DNA of 64,000 nt. Origin: Vicugna vicugna (Eukaryota). A program made the position numbers and the translations under genes. The notes below the pieces were generated by a model. It was not told the origin of the DNA and did no database searches. It saw only the letters and a program-made list of their open reading frames with translations. Position 1 is the stretch's first letter. Each line of letters begins with the position of its first letter. Positions 35,441 through 49,102 of the stretch are shown piece by piece. The stretch covers positions 2,441,779 to 2,505,778 of the forward strand of contig MU058718.1 in assembly GCA_013265495.1 (NCBI GenBank), in the 5' to 3' direction.

Positions 35441-38400
35441 TCTGATCAGGGTACATCTTTGATGGTTTACAGTTACCATCGCAATAAGATCCAGGCTTCT
35501 TATGATGACGTATCAGACCTGTTTCTTTCCTTTCTGGCTCCTGGCTGTCCATCTCTTGTAGCCTCAGGAAACACAAATAGTTCATAAGACTCACCGTGCT
35601 TTTCAGTGTCCCCTTGTCTTTGCATATGTTGCTCTCTTCCCTGGAGAGGCATCCCTCCTTCATAAATCTAAAACTTGCTTACCCTTTGAGACCCATTCAG
35701 GAGCTGATGCCTATGAGAAATCTTTCCATCTCCCCTTATCCCCAAAGCTAATTTATTTATTTTTTGTGTATGTGTTAATCATATGCTTATTTTTATAAAT
35801 TATAGAGTTTGATATCTAGCAGACATACTGTCAGGCATCTTCTCTTCTGGTATGAGAATTCCCAAGGCTAGTTTAAATACTTGTCTCCTTTGCTCCCCCA
35901 GCTGGTGCTTAGCTCTGGGAAAGCTTTTCACCTTGAGTATCATTGGCTATTTACTTCTTGGTTTCCTCTTTCAAGTTAGTTTGTGGAATAAGGTTTTCTG
36001 TAGAAGTCATGTAAGTCCTCAAAATAGATTTAAATCACTGGAGAGGGAAATGGATCTTAATAATTTATTTCTATAAAAATATGTTTTATTGATTGCTAAA
36101 ACCTTTATATAGTATTGACACAACTCAGAGAAATAAAGACTTAGAATTTCAGATCTGGAAAGAATCTGATCTAAGACTGTTAGAATTTCAGATCTGGAAA
36201 GAACTAATCTAGAGATTACTTAATCCATCTCCTTTATTCTCTGGATAAAAAAATATATCTTTCTTTGCACCAATTTATGTGTCAACCCCCAGTACATTAG
36301 AATGCCTCTTTCTACCCACTCATTCTCCCTAGCTTGGTGTCTTTAGCATCTTATATCTTTGATAGTATATTGGGTATATTTGTGTATATTTATAAGCAAT
36401 TTATCTTCCTTCATTTGTGAAATGTCTGTTCATATCCTTCTCCCAGTTTTCATTGGGATGTTGATATTTTTCGTATTTATTTTTAAGTGCATTTTATAAG
36501 TAAAGGTATTAGCCCTTTATTTCTCATATATATTGCAAAGGTTTTTCTAGATTTTTTTCAACTTTCTTTAGAATGTCTTCTTCTGTAACAGTGGTCAAAT
36601 ACATCAGTTTTCCTTTCTAGTTTCTGACCTTGGTGCCATCCTAGGAATGACCTTCTTCACTCGAAGATTACAAAACTGCTCTGCATTTAACATAGTACAT
36701 TTTAATATTATTTTTTTTACATTTCAGATTTTAGTCCACCTAATTTTTTTAATGATGTGAGAAAGCAGTCTAACTTTACTTTTTCTCATATTTTTTAGCG
36801 AATTGCTCCAGTACCCTTTCTCCAGTTTTAAATATTACTGATTCAAAATGAAGGCTCTAGCGTATTTTCATTAAGAGTGTAGAGTTGAGGGGGGCAGAGT
36901 GGTCTAGATTTGCTTGTTGAAGGCCAGCTCTGCCTCTTCCCTGCTGTTGTGAGGATTTATGGAAACAGTTAACGTGTGGCACTGGCACCAAGAGGGAACT
37001 GACTAACATCATTGATTGGGCACCATTATGACTTAGTAGTAGTAACAGCATTAATGGGGTTTTTTTTTGGACTCTATTTTATGCTGTTGATCTGTTCATC
37101 TTTACCTGTGCCAGAATTGTACTGCTTTAATTTCCTGTGGTTTTATAGAATATTTTAGTATCTAATAGGTAAAAATCCCCTGTGTGGACTTTAACTTTTT
37201 GTAAATAATTTTTAACATCTCTTTTATTGCACATGTAATAGTGCTTTTCATTGCTCCCTTTTCCCAAGTCATTAGTTACTATAAAAAGCATCTTAGTGCT
37301 TTTTTAGTATTTTTGGATTTAGTACGTAGGATTTTAATACTCAGAATGTAACTCTAACTCAGAATTTTAAGAAAAGATTGCAGACAATGGATTTAATAAG
37401 AAAAAGTTGAATGATTTAGAGTTATTTGGATTGGCTTGATGTACCATGAAGAAGAAATCGATGTATTTTCCATTGCTTCTGAGAACCAAATGAGGAAATA
37501 GGTTTAAACTGCAACATGGGTTTTAGTTAAACAAAATCAAAAAAAAATTTTTAAACTATAAGTCCGGCTAGGAAGTGAAGCATACTTCCAAAGAAAATAT
37601 TAAATACTATTCCAGGATTTTAAAATGTTGTATATTCTCTCTCTCTGTCTCTCTCCCCACTACCCCACCCCCTTGACCCTTGTCCTACTGAGGGGAAGGG
37701 AACAAACCCCTGCTGATGGCTTGGGGGCTTTTTTACTTTATGATCACATGAATGTTAACTTTTAATGCAAGCTAACCTGCATTTTGGGGACTTTCCATGC
37801 ATGTCAGGAACCAAAGTACTACCATCCTCATCAGCGAATTTTGTTTAACCGTAGTTTTCCACAATAATATACATTTCTTAACACAGTTGTTTTTCTTTGT
37901 TTTAATCAGCTTCTCTTGGCTTGTCATTGGTATTTCAAGCATACTACTGAATCATTTTCTCTTAAAACAAGGCTTTTCCCTTGTTTATATTCCGCACATA
38001 AGCTGTGGGGCAGGGAGTGGCAGGAAATGGTTCCTCACTAACCATTATCACTTAGTGCTCTGCCATTTCTTTTGCTGCATGTTTTTTTTTTATTTCACAC
38101 ACTGTCACTCTATTAATGCTTTTCTGAGCCTAATGCACTTTACTTATGCTGCTTTACATTTGGGGAAACTGCAAAATGCCACCAATGAGCTGGAAACAGA
38201 GGAATAATGGAGACTTAGAGGACTGCAGTTTCTGGAAAGTTCTTAGTTTCCAGTAACTTCACTGCTTTGGAATAGCACCAACCAACCAAATGTTATCTAG
38301 AATTAGTCTTACAGTGGGTATTGTGTGAGATTCAAAAGAAATATTTATTAATTTAGTTATTCATTCATCATTTAGCAACTATTTTTTTTTTTCTTTTTGA

Positions 38401-39521
38401 GAGCCACCTGTTAAGTGCAGGGTACATACTGAAAAGAAACTACACATAAAGTTTTCAGTCTAGCAGGGTTAGCAGACGTAAATGTTATGAGTGCTGTGAA
38501 AAAAAAAGAGGTATCAAATTTATTTATTCAACCACACATCTCTTGACCCCCTCTTGCTTTGTGCAAAGCACTAGTGTTAACATAAATCTAGACGTGGATT
38601 GGCAGGGGCTTCCAGCGTGAGGAGTTGAGTGACAGCTAAAGTGTAGCGACTTTCTGAAGTTGTAGGTAAATGAGTTGCCTTTCTAGTTGGTACATGAGCC
38701 AAATATCACCGAGGAGGCAATGGCAGACATTTCCCTCCTGTCTTCCTACTGCCTGCTACCTTGAGAGCTGTATATCACATGGACTGTCATTTCAAGGGGG
38801 GCAGTAGGAGCAGCTAGGGAAGCCACCTCAAGCTGGAAGGTAGGGAAGTCAGCTGAAGGGCCCGCAGTGGCAGTGGAGGGAGAAGGAGGCAGAGAGAGAA
38901 ATCCTCCAGGATTTCTGAACAGGCCAGGGAATGTTCTGAACAGGCCTGGGTGGGGGATAAGTGTAGGTCTCTATAGCCATGTTTGCCCCCTGTGCTGTGA
39001 AAGTGGGAGTTTTGATCCAACTTAGGTCTAAGCCCTAAAGCTCATCAAGAACCATGCTTTCCCTCCCCTCAACCAACCATTCACCCAATCAGCCGTCAAA
39101 TCAACCAACCCAAAACTGACATTTCTCACGTTGACTGGCCTTTCACCTGGAGCTCTTCCTCCATTTTTCTCCCCTTCTGATTTATTTTCAACCTTGGATG
39201 CACATTGGAATTATCTGAGGAGTGTTTGAAAATACAGATGCTTGACTTCCATCCCCAGAGATTCTGATCGAAATGGTCTGAAGTACGGCCTGAGCATCAA
39301 AATTTTTAAAAGCTCCCCAAGTAATTCTAATGTACTAACAAGGCTGAGACTCATTAGCCTTAAAAATAATGTGATCAATGCAGCATCTAATTCACTAAAG
39401 GAAAGAGAGCAGTGCTAATCGTGCTCATCTATTGGTTAGGGAAAAAAACTGCAAACTTAAACTTTAAAACCACAAGGTTTTAAATAAATATTTTGTTTAG
39501 AATGTCTATAAAGAGTTCCCA

Positions 39522-40192
39522 GGGAAGAATGTGAACATAGCAGTGGCTGGGAAGTGGTCCTAAGAGACCAGGGTCTGCAAAGAGCAGGCTGAAATGTGGT
39601 GCAGCTTGTTCACAGACAGCCTCCCACACTAGGAAGGACATGCTCCCAGGGCCCTATTCTAAGATCCCAAAAGAACGGGCTGCCACTGCCAAGAAGTATA
39701 ATATGCAGGTGGAAGACTATGAGCTGTAGTTGGATGATGGCATGGGGTATGGCAACCACCCGAAGCTCCCAGACAGCTCCCAGCAGGAGAGGGCTCCGTG
39801 GTACGATGGGGACCGTCCAGTCCTGAGGTTGAACTTGGGTGAACCGAGGCAGTGGGACCTGGACATGTATATCAGGAACCGTGTGGACACGTATCCCAAG
39901 CCTGTTTGTTGGAATCTCGCATGTATGCAGCTCTTCGGCTTCGGAACCTTTACATGATTCATGTTTTCGGTCGGGGAGAGTTACCCCACCTACCAGCCTG
40001 GGGGGCCAAGGCAGCATCGTTATACTAATCTGTGCCTGAAGGGAGTCCACAACCCCACCTAGGAGCCTGTGCTGCTGGCTTACTATGAGATCTGAGGGCC
40101 TTTGTGGGCTCTGTCATCCCTAGACACTTCCCCCTAATGAAATCCCGAGTGAAACTTAGTGCTATGGAAGAAGAAAAGAAAAGAAAAAGGGA
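39522..40192 (+). pseudogene. NDUFB8: NDUFB8 processed (retro)pseudogene; CDS remnant 39537-40095
   Basis: Intronless [61 protein letters not shown]...[20 protein letters not shown]...YQPGGP...YYEI* matches NDUFB8. Start codon ATG>ATA (39537); stops at 39727, 39955 and 40060; net -2 frameshift near the 5' end; decayed A tail ~40168-40195; TSD aaagagttccca (39510-39521) / aaagagtttcca (40193-40204). Confidence 0.95.
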
Positions 40193-40275
40193 AAAGAGTT
40201 TCCAATCCAATTATGGAGCAGTCCTGTAGAAACCCAAATCTAGAAGGAAGCAGTACCATATTAACTCTGTGGTAG

Positions 40276-40588
40276 TGTTGTGGACTGAATGTTTGTGTCC
40301 CTTGAAAATTCGTATGTTGAAATCCTAACTCCTAAGCTCAGGAGGGGGGCCTTTGAGAGGTACTCAGTTCATGAGGGTGGAGGCCTCACGAATGGGATTA
40401 CTCTTAGGAGAGAGACCCCAGAGAGCTCTCTTTCCCTCTTTCTACCATGTGAGGATGCAGTGAGAGGATGGCAGTCTGCAGCCCAGAGAGGACCCTCATT
40501 AATATCTAGTTGGTTGCAGGAGCTGTTTGTTGCTTAAGCCACCAGGTCTGTGGCATTTTTGTTCTAGCAGCCCACGCTGACTAAGACA
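40276..40588 (+). mobile_element. MLT1A/B-like MaLR solo LTR
   Basis: tgttgtggactgaatgtttgtgtccc...gtatgttgaaatcctaac...ttaagccaccaggtctgtggcatttttgttctagcagccc...gactaagaca; 5-bp flanks ggtag/ggatg. Confidence 0.85.
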
Positions 40589-40619
40589 GGATGTGACAAT
40601 TAATCAGTGAAGTTGGCAT

Positions 40620-41050
40620 AAGGGAAGGTGAAGAATTAGAAACAAGCATTACCATGTTGGATTTATCAGGAAAAATGCACATTTGGAGAATGCTTGCCCA
40701 GGCTTTTATAAGAAATATTATATGATTTAATCAGTTTCTTCATTTGGGCATCTGGACAAGGGATGGTTTAATGAATGATTTACTAAACAGTGATAGAGAG
40801 ACAGTTCTATGAGGAGTTGACTGCCTTCTTCAGGTATCTGAAAGATTGCATCATAGAATGAAGATTAGATTTATTCTTTGGAGCCAGAGGGAAGAATAAG
40901 GATCAAAAAGGAAATGCTATATGGAAGCGTATTCCCAGTCAACATAAGGGGAGAGATGTTACCTTTTCAAAACAATGCCCAGTAGTGGAGTGGATAGCCC
41001 GAGGAGGTAGAGATTCTTTACTCAGGAAATGTTAAATCAAAGATGGAAAA
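40620..41050 (+). mobile_element. CR1/L3 LINE 3' fragment
   Basis: ttcttcaggtatctgaaagattg...gaagattagatttattctttggagccagagggaagaataaggatcaa resembles the L3 ORF2 end. Confidence 0.55.
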
Positions 41051-42231
41051 GTCCTTTAGTGGTTATTCCATATGTGAGAAATGTGCATATATTAGAGAGA
41101 TGGTAGGAAGGGAGAGTCCTGGCCTCCATAAGCCAAAATGAGGTGAATGCTCATGTTTAAACATGGACATATGTATAACACATGTTTACCAGTACTTAAA
41201 AAAAATAGAACTTAGATTTTTCTTCATTAAAAAAACCCCTGAAGTGAGAAAACAGAATGCAGCCAAGGTTGAGGGTTGGATGCCATGAAAGTCAGGACAT
41301 GGGTCAACTTCCTCCACATCTCCATTCCTTGCACTGCTCAGTGTCACTTAGAACAAGTGGCCTGCGATAGGGTGGGCAATCTACCAGGTTCATACAGAGG
41401 AGGAGCTTGGGTCAGCCATCAGAAGACCCAGGCAAAATGCAATGTGTGAACCCTGCTCCTTGACCCTTGAGTCTCCATATGATCATGCTGCCTTCTTCTG
41501 TCTAAGCCTTACCCTCACCTTCAGGTCAGGTTCTGCTGCAGAAGGCCATCTGTGTTAAGTCCATTACTCTGGCCCTCCCCTCTCCAAATTCCTCTCCACC
41601 AGATTCCCTCCCAAACTTTCCAGTCTGCTTCATCTCCAAAGATAATGATCTGAGAAATTTATATTAGTGTTTTAAGTGACCTTTTGCTGGCCTATCCTTA
41701 GGAAACAAGGATGTCAGTGGAGGTGGTTTGGAATATGTTCAGTGGGTCTGGAGGGCAGAGGTTGTGAGCATACCTTCTTCTTGTCCTCAGCCCTAGGGCC
41801 AGGCCACCCTGAAGCCCACTTACAAGATTGCTAAATTTTGATTAGATTTATGGGCATAGAGATAAAAAAGAGCTGTCCTTCTTAGCCATGGATTTCTTTC
41901 CTTCACAAAACTGGGCAAGTTATAGACATTGTTTCTGTGTTATATCAGAAGAAAATAACTTAACATTTATGAAAACAATTCCCACAGAAAGTTTGGCTCT
42001 AGCTTGAAAGAGAAAGTAAAAAATGGCACATCTTCTAAGTAGCAGAAGGAATATTTGTGTTCATAGATGGGTATCATCTGTTTCTTGTAATGAACACTCA
42101 CCCGTGCAACAGCCCAGAGGCCTTAAGTTTTCTTAAGAATTTTATTTCAGTGGAGTACCATAAAAGAATCAAACTTGAGAAGAAAGTAGCAATAAATTTT
42201 CTTCTGTCTGGGAAAATTGTTTCACTCTTGC

Positions 42232-42903
42232 TTTTTAAATTGAAATATAGTCAGTTTACAATGTTGTGTCAGTTTCTGGTGTATAGCATAATGTTTCAGT
42301 CATACATATACATACATATATTCGTTTTCATATTCTTTTTCATTACAGGTCACTACAAGATACTGAATAGAGTTCCCTGTGCTCTACAGTAGCACCATGT
42401 TGTTTATCTATTTTATATATAGTAGTTAGTATCTGCAAATCTCAAACTCCCAATTTATGCCTTCCCACCCTCTTCCCCCCTGGTTGCCGTGTTTGTTTTC
42501 TATATCTGTGAATCTGTTTCTGTTTTGTAAATAAGTTCATTTGTGTCCTTTTTTCTTTTTTTAGATTTCACATGTGTGTGATATCATATGGTGTTTTTCT
42601 TTCTCTTTCTGGTTACTTCACTTAGAATGACAATCTCCAGGTCCACCCATGTTGCTGTAAATGGCATTATTTTATTCTGTTTTGTGGCTGAGTAGTATTC
42701 CACTGTAGAAGATACCACAACTTCTTTATCCAGTCTTCTGTTGATGGGCATTTAGTTTGCATGTCCTGGCTATTGTAAACACTGCTGCTATGAACATTGG
42801 GGTGTGTGTATCTTTTTGAATTAGAGTTCCCTGCAGTTATATGCCCAGGAGTGGGATTGCTGGACCACGTGGTAAGTCTGGTTTCCTAGTTTTCTAGGAA
42901 TCT
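42232..42903 (-). mobile_element. L1 3' end (ORF2 tail and 3' UTR)
   Basis: attgaaatatagtcagtttacaatgttgtgtcagtttctggtgtatagc...atgcccaggagtgggattgctgg; same family as the 55169 and 56385 copies. Confidence 0.88.
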
Positions 42904-45538
42904 GGGAAGATTTTTAAAATCATTTTTTCCCTGTTCTTTAAATTCTTTTACAGGCTTTATCTGAATTTTGTAAATCAGACTTCTCTCCCTCCCCCAATAG
43001 CAGAAATAGGTCTTTTCTGTGTGGAGGTGTTTTTTCCTCTTCCTTTGGGGATCAACCCTCAAGACAGGATGTGGGTAAGAATACCAAACATCTGAGAAAG
43101 TCAGCTGCAAATAGTTTATTTCCCCTGCCCTAGTCAAAGACTAGCAGTCAAATACAAATTAAAATTTCCTTCTCCTCAACAATGAAAGAAAAACATTGAA
43201 TTACTAACAAAGATGGTGCAGTTGCTTTGGGTTTTTTTTAATGAGGCTCCTGAGAATCAACCCAACGGAAGCATTTCAATTCACTTGAATGAGAAACGTG
43301 TTTAGTATCAAAAGAGCCCACTGGTGTGAAAGGTACAATCTCAGAAGTTGGCCAGTTACCGTGGCACACTTACTGGTTACTTTGTGCAATGTAGATTTGA
43401 AGTACAGTGGTGAAAACATTAAATGTGACATTTGAAAGAAAAAAAAACCACCTCTAGAAATTCATCTGGGAAATTTTGCCTGGTTGGTAATTGGAAGAGT
43501 AATGCCATACACATGCCCCACCCCCACCCCAGCCTAATGCTCCCTTTGGCCTCACACTTTTGCTTTCACAGGCACTTATGACAAACTTGAAAGGGGACTT
43601 ATAGTGAGGTGGTAGTGTCCCCAAATTGCATTCTTTGAGGAGCATGGCAGCCAGTAAGAGTTATCACCTGAAGGTGCATGTTTCCCTTGTGATGTGTTCC
43701 CGGGTTGGCCAAGCCACAGAGACTGAGCAGGAAGATGACCCACTGGCATATAGGTAGGCAGGTTCACTCCTGATTACATAGAACAGAGCAGGGCTGTCTA
43801 ACTTTTGTGTATTTATGAATCATTGGGAATCTTGTTAAAATGTAGGTTCTAAATTCAGTAAGCTTCTGGAATAGAGTCCAAGAGTCTGCATTTCTAGCAA
43901 GCTCCTGAGTGAGGCAGATCTACTGCTCTGTGGCACAGAAGAGCATCTCACCCTGACCTCCTCTTCCTACCACCTTCCCATCAAAGAATTTTAGTACTGG
44001 AAGGGATCTTGAATATCTTGTCTAATTATCCCTAAAATATCAGCCTATGGAGTGTCCTCATCTGAATCACTAGCAAAGCTTTAAAAACCTAGATCCCCAG
44101 AAGTTCTGATTCAGTCCCAGGCATCTGTATTCTTTCAAAGCTTTCCAGGTCAATTGGAGGAGAAAAAAGGCTTTGGACTATTAACTGTCTCATTTTATAA
44201 AGAAGGAAGTCATGTGAATGGTTACATGACTTGCCCAACAAGACCTAGTTAGCAATGCATCAGGATTAGAACTTAGAGATGCTTTCCAGCCCACCACCCC
44301 ACTGTTTCCTCCTTGGCTGCCCAAGACAGTTGCTTCTGCTAAGAAAGAAAAGCAACTGCCCTGCTCTGAGTGAATGATTCTGAAGTATAAAATAAAAGCC
44401 AGGTCCAGTGCTGTTTAATGGGGTGCCATTTCACCCAGAACATTTTCCTCTGCTGGAGGCAAGCCCAGAGAGGTCTCATGTACATTTGTTTCTATCTGAC
44501 TCTGAAAGGAAGCTGCATGCAGCAATGCACTGTGGAAATGGAAATGGAAATGTTTCACATCATAGTCCCCTAGGAGATAACTTCAAACTATAAAAAGTTT
44601 TTGATCCTGGATGTTTTTGACACCGAATGAAAATATCATTGCTTTCCATGGTTTCCATAGAATCAGCAATCCTGAAACTAACATGTTATAATCCTTTCTT
44701 CTTAGAACTTGAAGCTTGCATGTGAATTTTCATCTCACGTGCCGTAACTCTGGGGACAGGTTGCCTTTATATGGTCTCTGATTTTCGGTGAAACACTGAA
44801 ACTTTGCTCAAAATCAACGTCCTCCTCACTGAGCTGTGCCAATTCAGAGAGTGGTACTGTGGTGTGGGTTTTTCCTGCAGTCTGGGTAATTCCTGCTTTA
44901 CCATTTTGGATTCTTTCTCTTTGCAAAGAAGAAAATCTCTATTAATGTTAAAGAAAAGTGTATGCTGGTCTTGTTCCACATAAACAAGCTTGTTGTACGG
45001 TTGAGGAAGTTTCTGTGCTTTCAGAGTTTTTTTCCTGCAGTATCCCCATCCTAAAGCGACACTGGGCTTCTCTGACAATTAGAGACTCCAGCCTCTGGTC
45101 ACCCCCCAAAGGAGTTTCCTAGTAAACAGGACATCTTATGACCTATCCTTAGTTTCTCTGCTGGAGACAAATCTGTTCTCATCCTATAAATTCTGCCTTT
45201 AGTGAAAAGATAAACATAGAAAGAGCCTTATTCAAGTGAGTTTTCTTTCTCCAGCAACTTTTAAGCAAGTGGCCTAAGATTAATTCTTGCTTGAAGATGC
45301 TGAAAACACTGGCTTTCAGCAGGTGCATTCCTTATGCAGTGAACTGAGCCCAGACTAATAGTGAGTTGCTTGAGTGTCAGGCTTAGCAAACCTCTGCATG
45401 GTCAGGTGTCGTAGAGAGCTTCATGCTTCCCATCCTTGTAATGGACTATTTAAAATGATAGGAGATATGTAAAAGCACTCAGTAAGCTGTAAACCCTAAT
45501 TAAAGGGTTAGCTGTAATTGAAATAAAGCTATAAACCC

Positions 45539-46660
45539 TTACAAGCTTATGCACAGCAAAGGAAACCATAAGTAAAACAAAATGACAACCTACAGAATGG
45601 GAGAAAATTTTTGCAAATGATGAAACTGACAAAGGCTTGATCTCCAGAATATATAAGCAGCTCATATGACATAATAAGAAAAAAACAAACAACCCAATCC
45701 AAAAATGGGCAGAAGACCTAAACAAGCAATTCTCCAACGAAGAAATACAAATGATCAATAGGCACATGAAAAAATGCTCAATATCACTAATTATCAGAGA
45801 AATGCAAATCAAAACTACAATGAGGTATCACCTCACACCAGTCAGAATGGCCATCATTCAAAAGTCCATAAATGACAAATGCTGGAGAGGCTCTGGAGAA
45901 AAGGCAACCCTCCTACACTACTGGTGGTAGTGCAGTTTGGTGCAGCCACTGTGGAAAACAGTATGGAGATTCCTCTAAAGACTAGGAATAGACTTACCCT
46001 ATGACCCAGGAATCCCACTGCTGGGCATATATCCAGAAGGAACCCTACTTCAAAAAGACACCTACATCCCAATGTTCCTAGCAGCACTACTTACAATACC
46101 CAAGACATGGAAGCAGCCTAAATGTCCATCAAGAGATGACTGGATAAAGAAGCTGTGGTAGATTTATACAATGGGATACTATTCAGCCATAAAAACCAAC
46201 AACATAATGCCATTTGCAGCAACATGGATGTCCCTGGAGAATGTAGAATGTCATTCTAAGTGAAGTAAACCAGAAAGAGAAAGAAAAATACCATAAGAGA
46301 TCGCTCATCTGTGGAATCTAAAAAAAAAAAAAAAAAAGAACATAAATACAAAACAGAAACAGACTCACAGGCATAGAATACAAACTTGTGGTTGCCAAGG
46401 GGGCGGGGGATAGGAAAGGACAGACTGGGATTTCAAGATTTGTAGATACTGACAGACATACACAGAATAGATAAACAAGATTATACTGTATAGCACAGGG
46501 AAATATATACAAGATCTTGTGGTAGTTCACAGGGAAAAAATGTGACAATGAATATATGTATGTTCATGTATAACTGAAAAATTGTGCTCTACACTGGAAT
46601 TTGACACAACATTGTAAAATGACTATAACTCAATAAAATAAAGTTAAAAAGAAAAAAAAA
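45539..46660 (+). mobile_element. 5'-truncated L1 (ORF2 C-terminal part, 3' UTR, poly(A)), disabled
   Basis: cacagcaaaggaaaccataag...EWEKIFAND...; stop TAA at 45976-45978; 7-bp duplication agaatgt/agaatgt at ~46238-46251; caataaaataaagttaaaaagaaaaaaaaa tail. Confidence 0.9.
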
Positions 46661-46661
46661 G

Positions 46662-46960
46662 AAAGGCTTCTTTCTTTCTCTCTCTATCTGTGTGTGTCAG
46701 CCATGGGTTGACAGGAGGGCTCTGCTTGTCACAGTCACTTAGGGGACAAGGCTGGAGCTGAGGGAGGCTTCCTCTGAACATGTGCTGCCCTGATCGCGGA
46801 GGGAGGGAAGAGCTGGCTGGAGTTTGAGTACTTGCAATTAAGTGCTTCATCCTGGAAGTAATGCATCCATTCTGCTTGCATTTCATTGGTCAAAGCAAGC
46901 CACGTGGCCCCGCCTAACTTCTTGGGCCAGGGAAGTAAAGGGGAGTAGAGAAATAACAAA
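46662..46960 (-). mobile_element. MLT1J-like MaLR LTR fragment
   Basis: ctggaagtaatgcatccattctgcttgcatttcattggtcaaagcaagccacgtggccccgcctaacttc. Confidence 0.65.
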
Positions 46961-48661
46961 ATCCCGCAGTCCTTCAGAAGAGGAGGGTCTGCACGAGCCC
47001 TGATTTTTCCATCATAAACTCTTTTGATGTCCCTGGAATCCTGGGAGAGTTAAGTTTCCTGAAGGAGTGAGAAAAAATCATTCTAATCGTCCTAAGGATG
47101 AGCCCATTGATTTCTAACACAGCAGAAGAACAAAAGTTTGGGTTTTTCACATCCTGCTGCAGTTTGAGCACCACAACTACCCATCAGGGTTAGGAGGACA
47201 CAGCCAGCCTGGAGCTAATGTGACCAGGATATCATGCCGCCGAAACCAGTATGGCAGGCAATACGCTCTCTGGACATTCCTGGCTGTGACTGGCCTCTAC
47301 ACCCATTCCCAGGGATCCTGAAGCAGGAACAGGAATCCGTGCAGGTAGACCATGATGCCTGCAACTGTGGAGGGGTAGATCCCTCACAAAAGTGGGGCCT
47401 GACAAATCAGGACTGTACACCTACCATTCTGGAACTGACAACACTTCCAAAGGAATGCATAAATCCCATTGGGAATGGCCTGGGAACTGAGACACCAATT
47501 CGCTCAGTCCTTGGTGAGCAGCACTCTCAGAGATGGATGTGGAAGGGTTCTCTCCTCTGGCCTCGGTAAAATGATTCTTTTTACATAGTTTATCTGCTTG
47601 GCTCACGCTTTTTCCCTGGATATGGAGAGGTTTTTAAGTGCTTTGGGTTTAAAATGTCAAATACAGTGTGGATTGAGTCTCAGTTCTTTTGCATGAGTTG
47701 AGTAAAGAGCATTGCATATGGTACCTTGAGCAGTCCAATTCAGTAGAAAAATCAATTCAAATGATTTTTTTCATGTTGAGTGAAACACATAACCAACAAA
47801 TGAACTACCATGTCCATTTCCCCAGTGACAATTTTCAGAAAGTGAAAATACATAAAATATATGTATAAAGTTAAGGAATTTTACAGGCTTTATCTTGTTT
47901 AAGTTACCATCTAACAGATTGTGTAACTGAGACCAGACATAGAAACCATCTGTGTGCACTTTGGGGTAGGAAGAATATGAAACAAGGTAAGAAGAAAATT
48001 CCTTGTTATCACAGGAGTCTGGAAGCTCAAGTATGATTCCTCTGAGATTAAAACCACCAATATGCCTATTTTGGGGTTTTTTTTGATATTTTTTCCTGTA
48101 TGGCTGGAAACTAAATTATTTTCTAAGATCCAGAATTCTTGCAGGCACGTAACAGAGGCTAAGTGTTATGCAATCGAGAGTTTTCCATTTAGAATTGTGT
48201 ATTATTTGGAATGCCTTCAGATGCAAGTAACAACATATCCTATTAACAGTGGCTTAAACTAAAAGCATTTAAGTATTATTTAATAAGAATTCTACGGGTA
48301 AGTGATTCCAGAGTTGACAAGTGGCTCAACAATGTCAAGCTGTTAGCATGTTTACGATTGTCTTGGGTTTTCTTTAAGATCACAAGTTAGTTGAAATAGC
48401 TTCAGATGTCTTGTTCACACATAATAACATTCAAGAAATAAGGAAGGGATGACCGGAAAAGTGTGGCTCTCTCATTTTGCACCTTTCCTATCAGGAGAAA
48501 AATCTTGCCCACACACCCCAGGCTTCTCCTTACAACTCATAGGAAGAATGGGTCAAAAATCCCCCCTCACAGACCTCTTGCTGTCAAAAGGAAACAAATA
48601 GGATTGTTATAACTGGTTTAGACAAATTATGATTTATCCTCTGTGACTGGGTTCCTTGCCT

Positions 48662-49102
48662 TCTACAAGGCAGAATAAAGGCCCCTTGAAGATGTTTATG
48701 TCCTAGTCCCTGGAACCTCTGAATATGTTACCTTCCATGGAAAAAGGGATTTTGCATTTGTGGTTAAGTTAAATATTTTGAGATGGGGAGATTATCCTAG
48801 GCTATCCAGTGGTGCCCAATGTAATCACAGGGGTTCTTATAAAAGGGAGGCAAGAGAGTTAAAGTCAGGGAAGGAGATGATGGAAGAGACTGTAGTGATG
48901 TGAAGCCACAAACCAAGGAATGCTAGTAGCTCCTGGAAGCCAGGGCAAGGAAACAGATCTTCCCCTAGAGCCTCCAGAAGGCATATTGCCCTGGTGATTC
49001 ATTTAGACTTCTGACCTCTGGAATTATAAGAGAATAAGTTTGTGGTGTTTTAAGCCACTAAATTTGTGTTAATTTGTTACAACAGCAATAGGAAATTAAT
49101 AT
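48662..49102 (+). mobile_element. MLT1D-like MaLR solo LTR
   Basis: ggcagaataaaggcccc...tccctggaacctctgaatatgttaccttccatgg...ttgagatggggagattatcc...ttaagccactaaatttgtgttaatttgttacaacagcaataggaaattaata. Confidence 0.85.

Noticed and set aside
35034..35663. 209-aa ORF as a gene
   Set aside because: Chance fusion of flanking DNA with the L1 ORF2 C-terminus across the TSD at 35441.
45481..45545. Small repeat/hairpin (aagctRtaaaccct x2, gggtta) at the 5' junction of the L1 at 45539
   Set aside because: Too short to distinguish templated filler from chance or from the split MLT1/MIR flank; no TSD found.
47234..47569. 111-aa ATG-initiated ORF in apparently non-repeat DNA
   Set aside because: No recognisable homology, splice context, poly(A) or TSD; length is compatible with chance.
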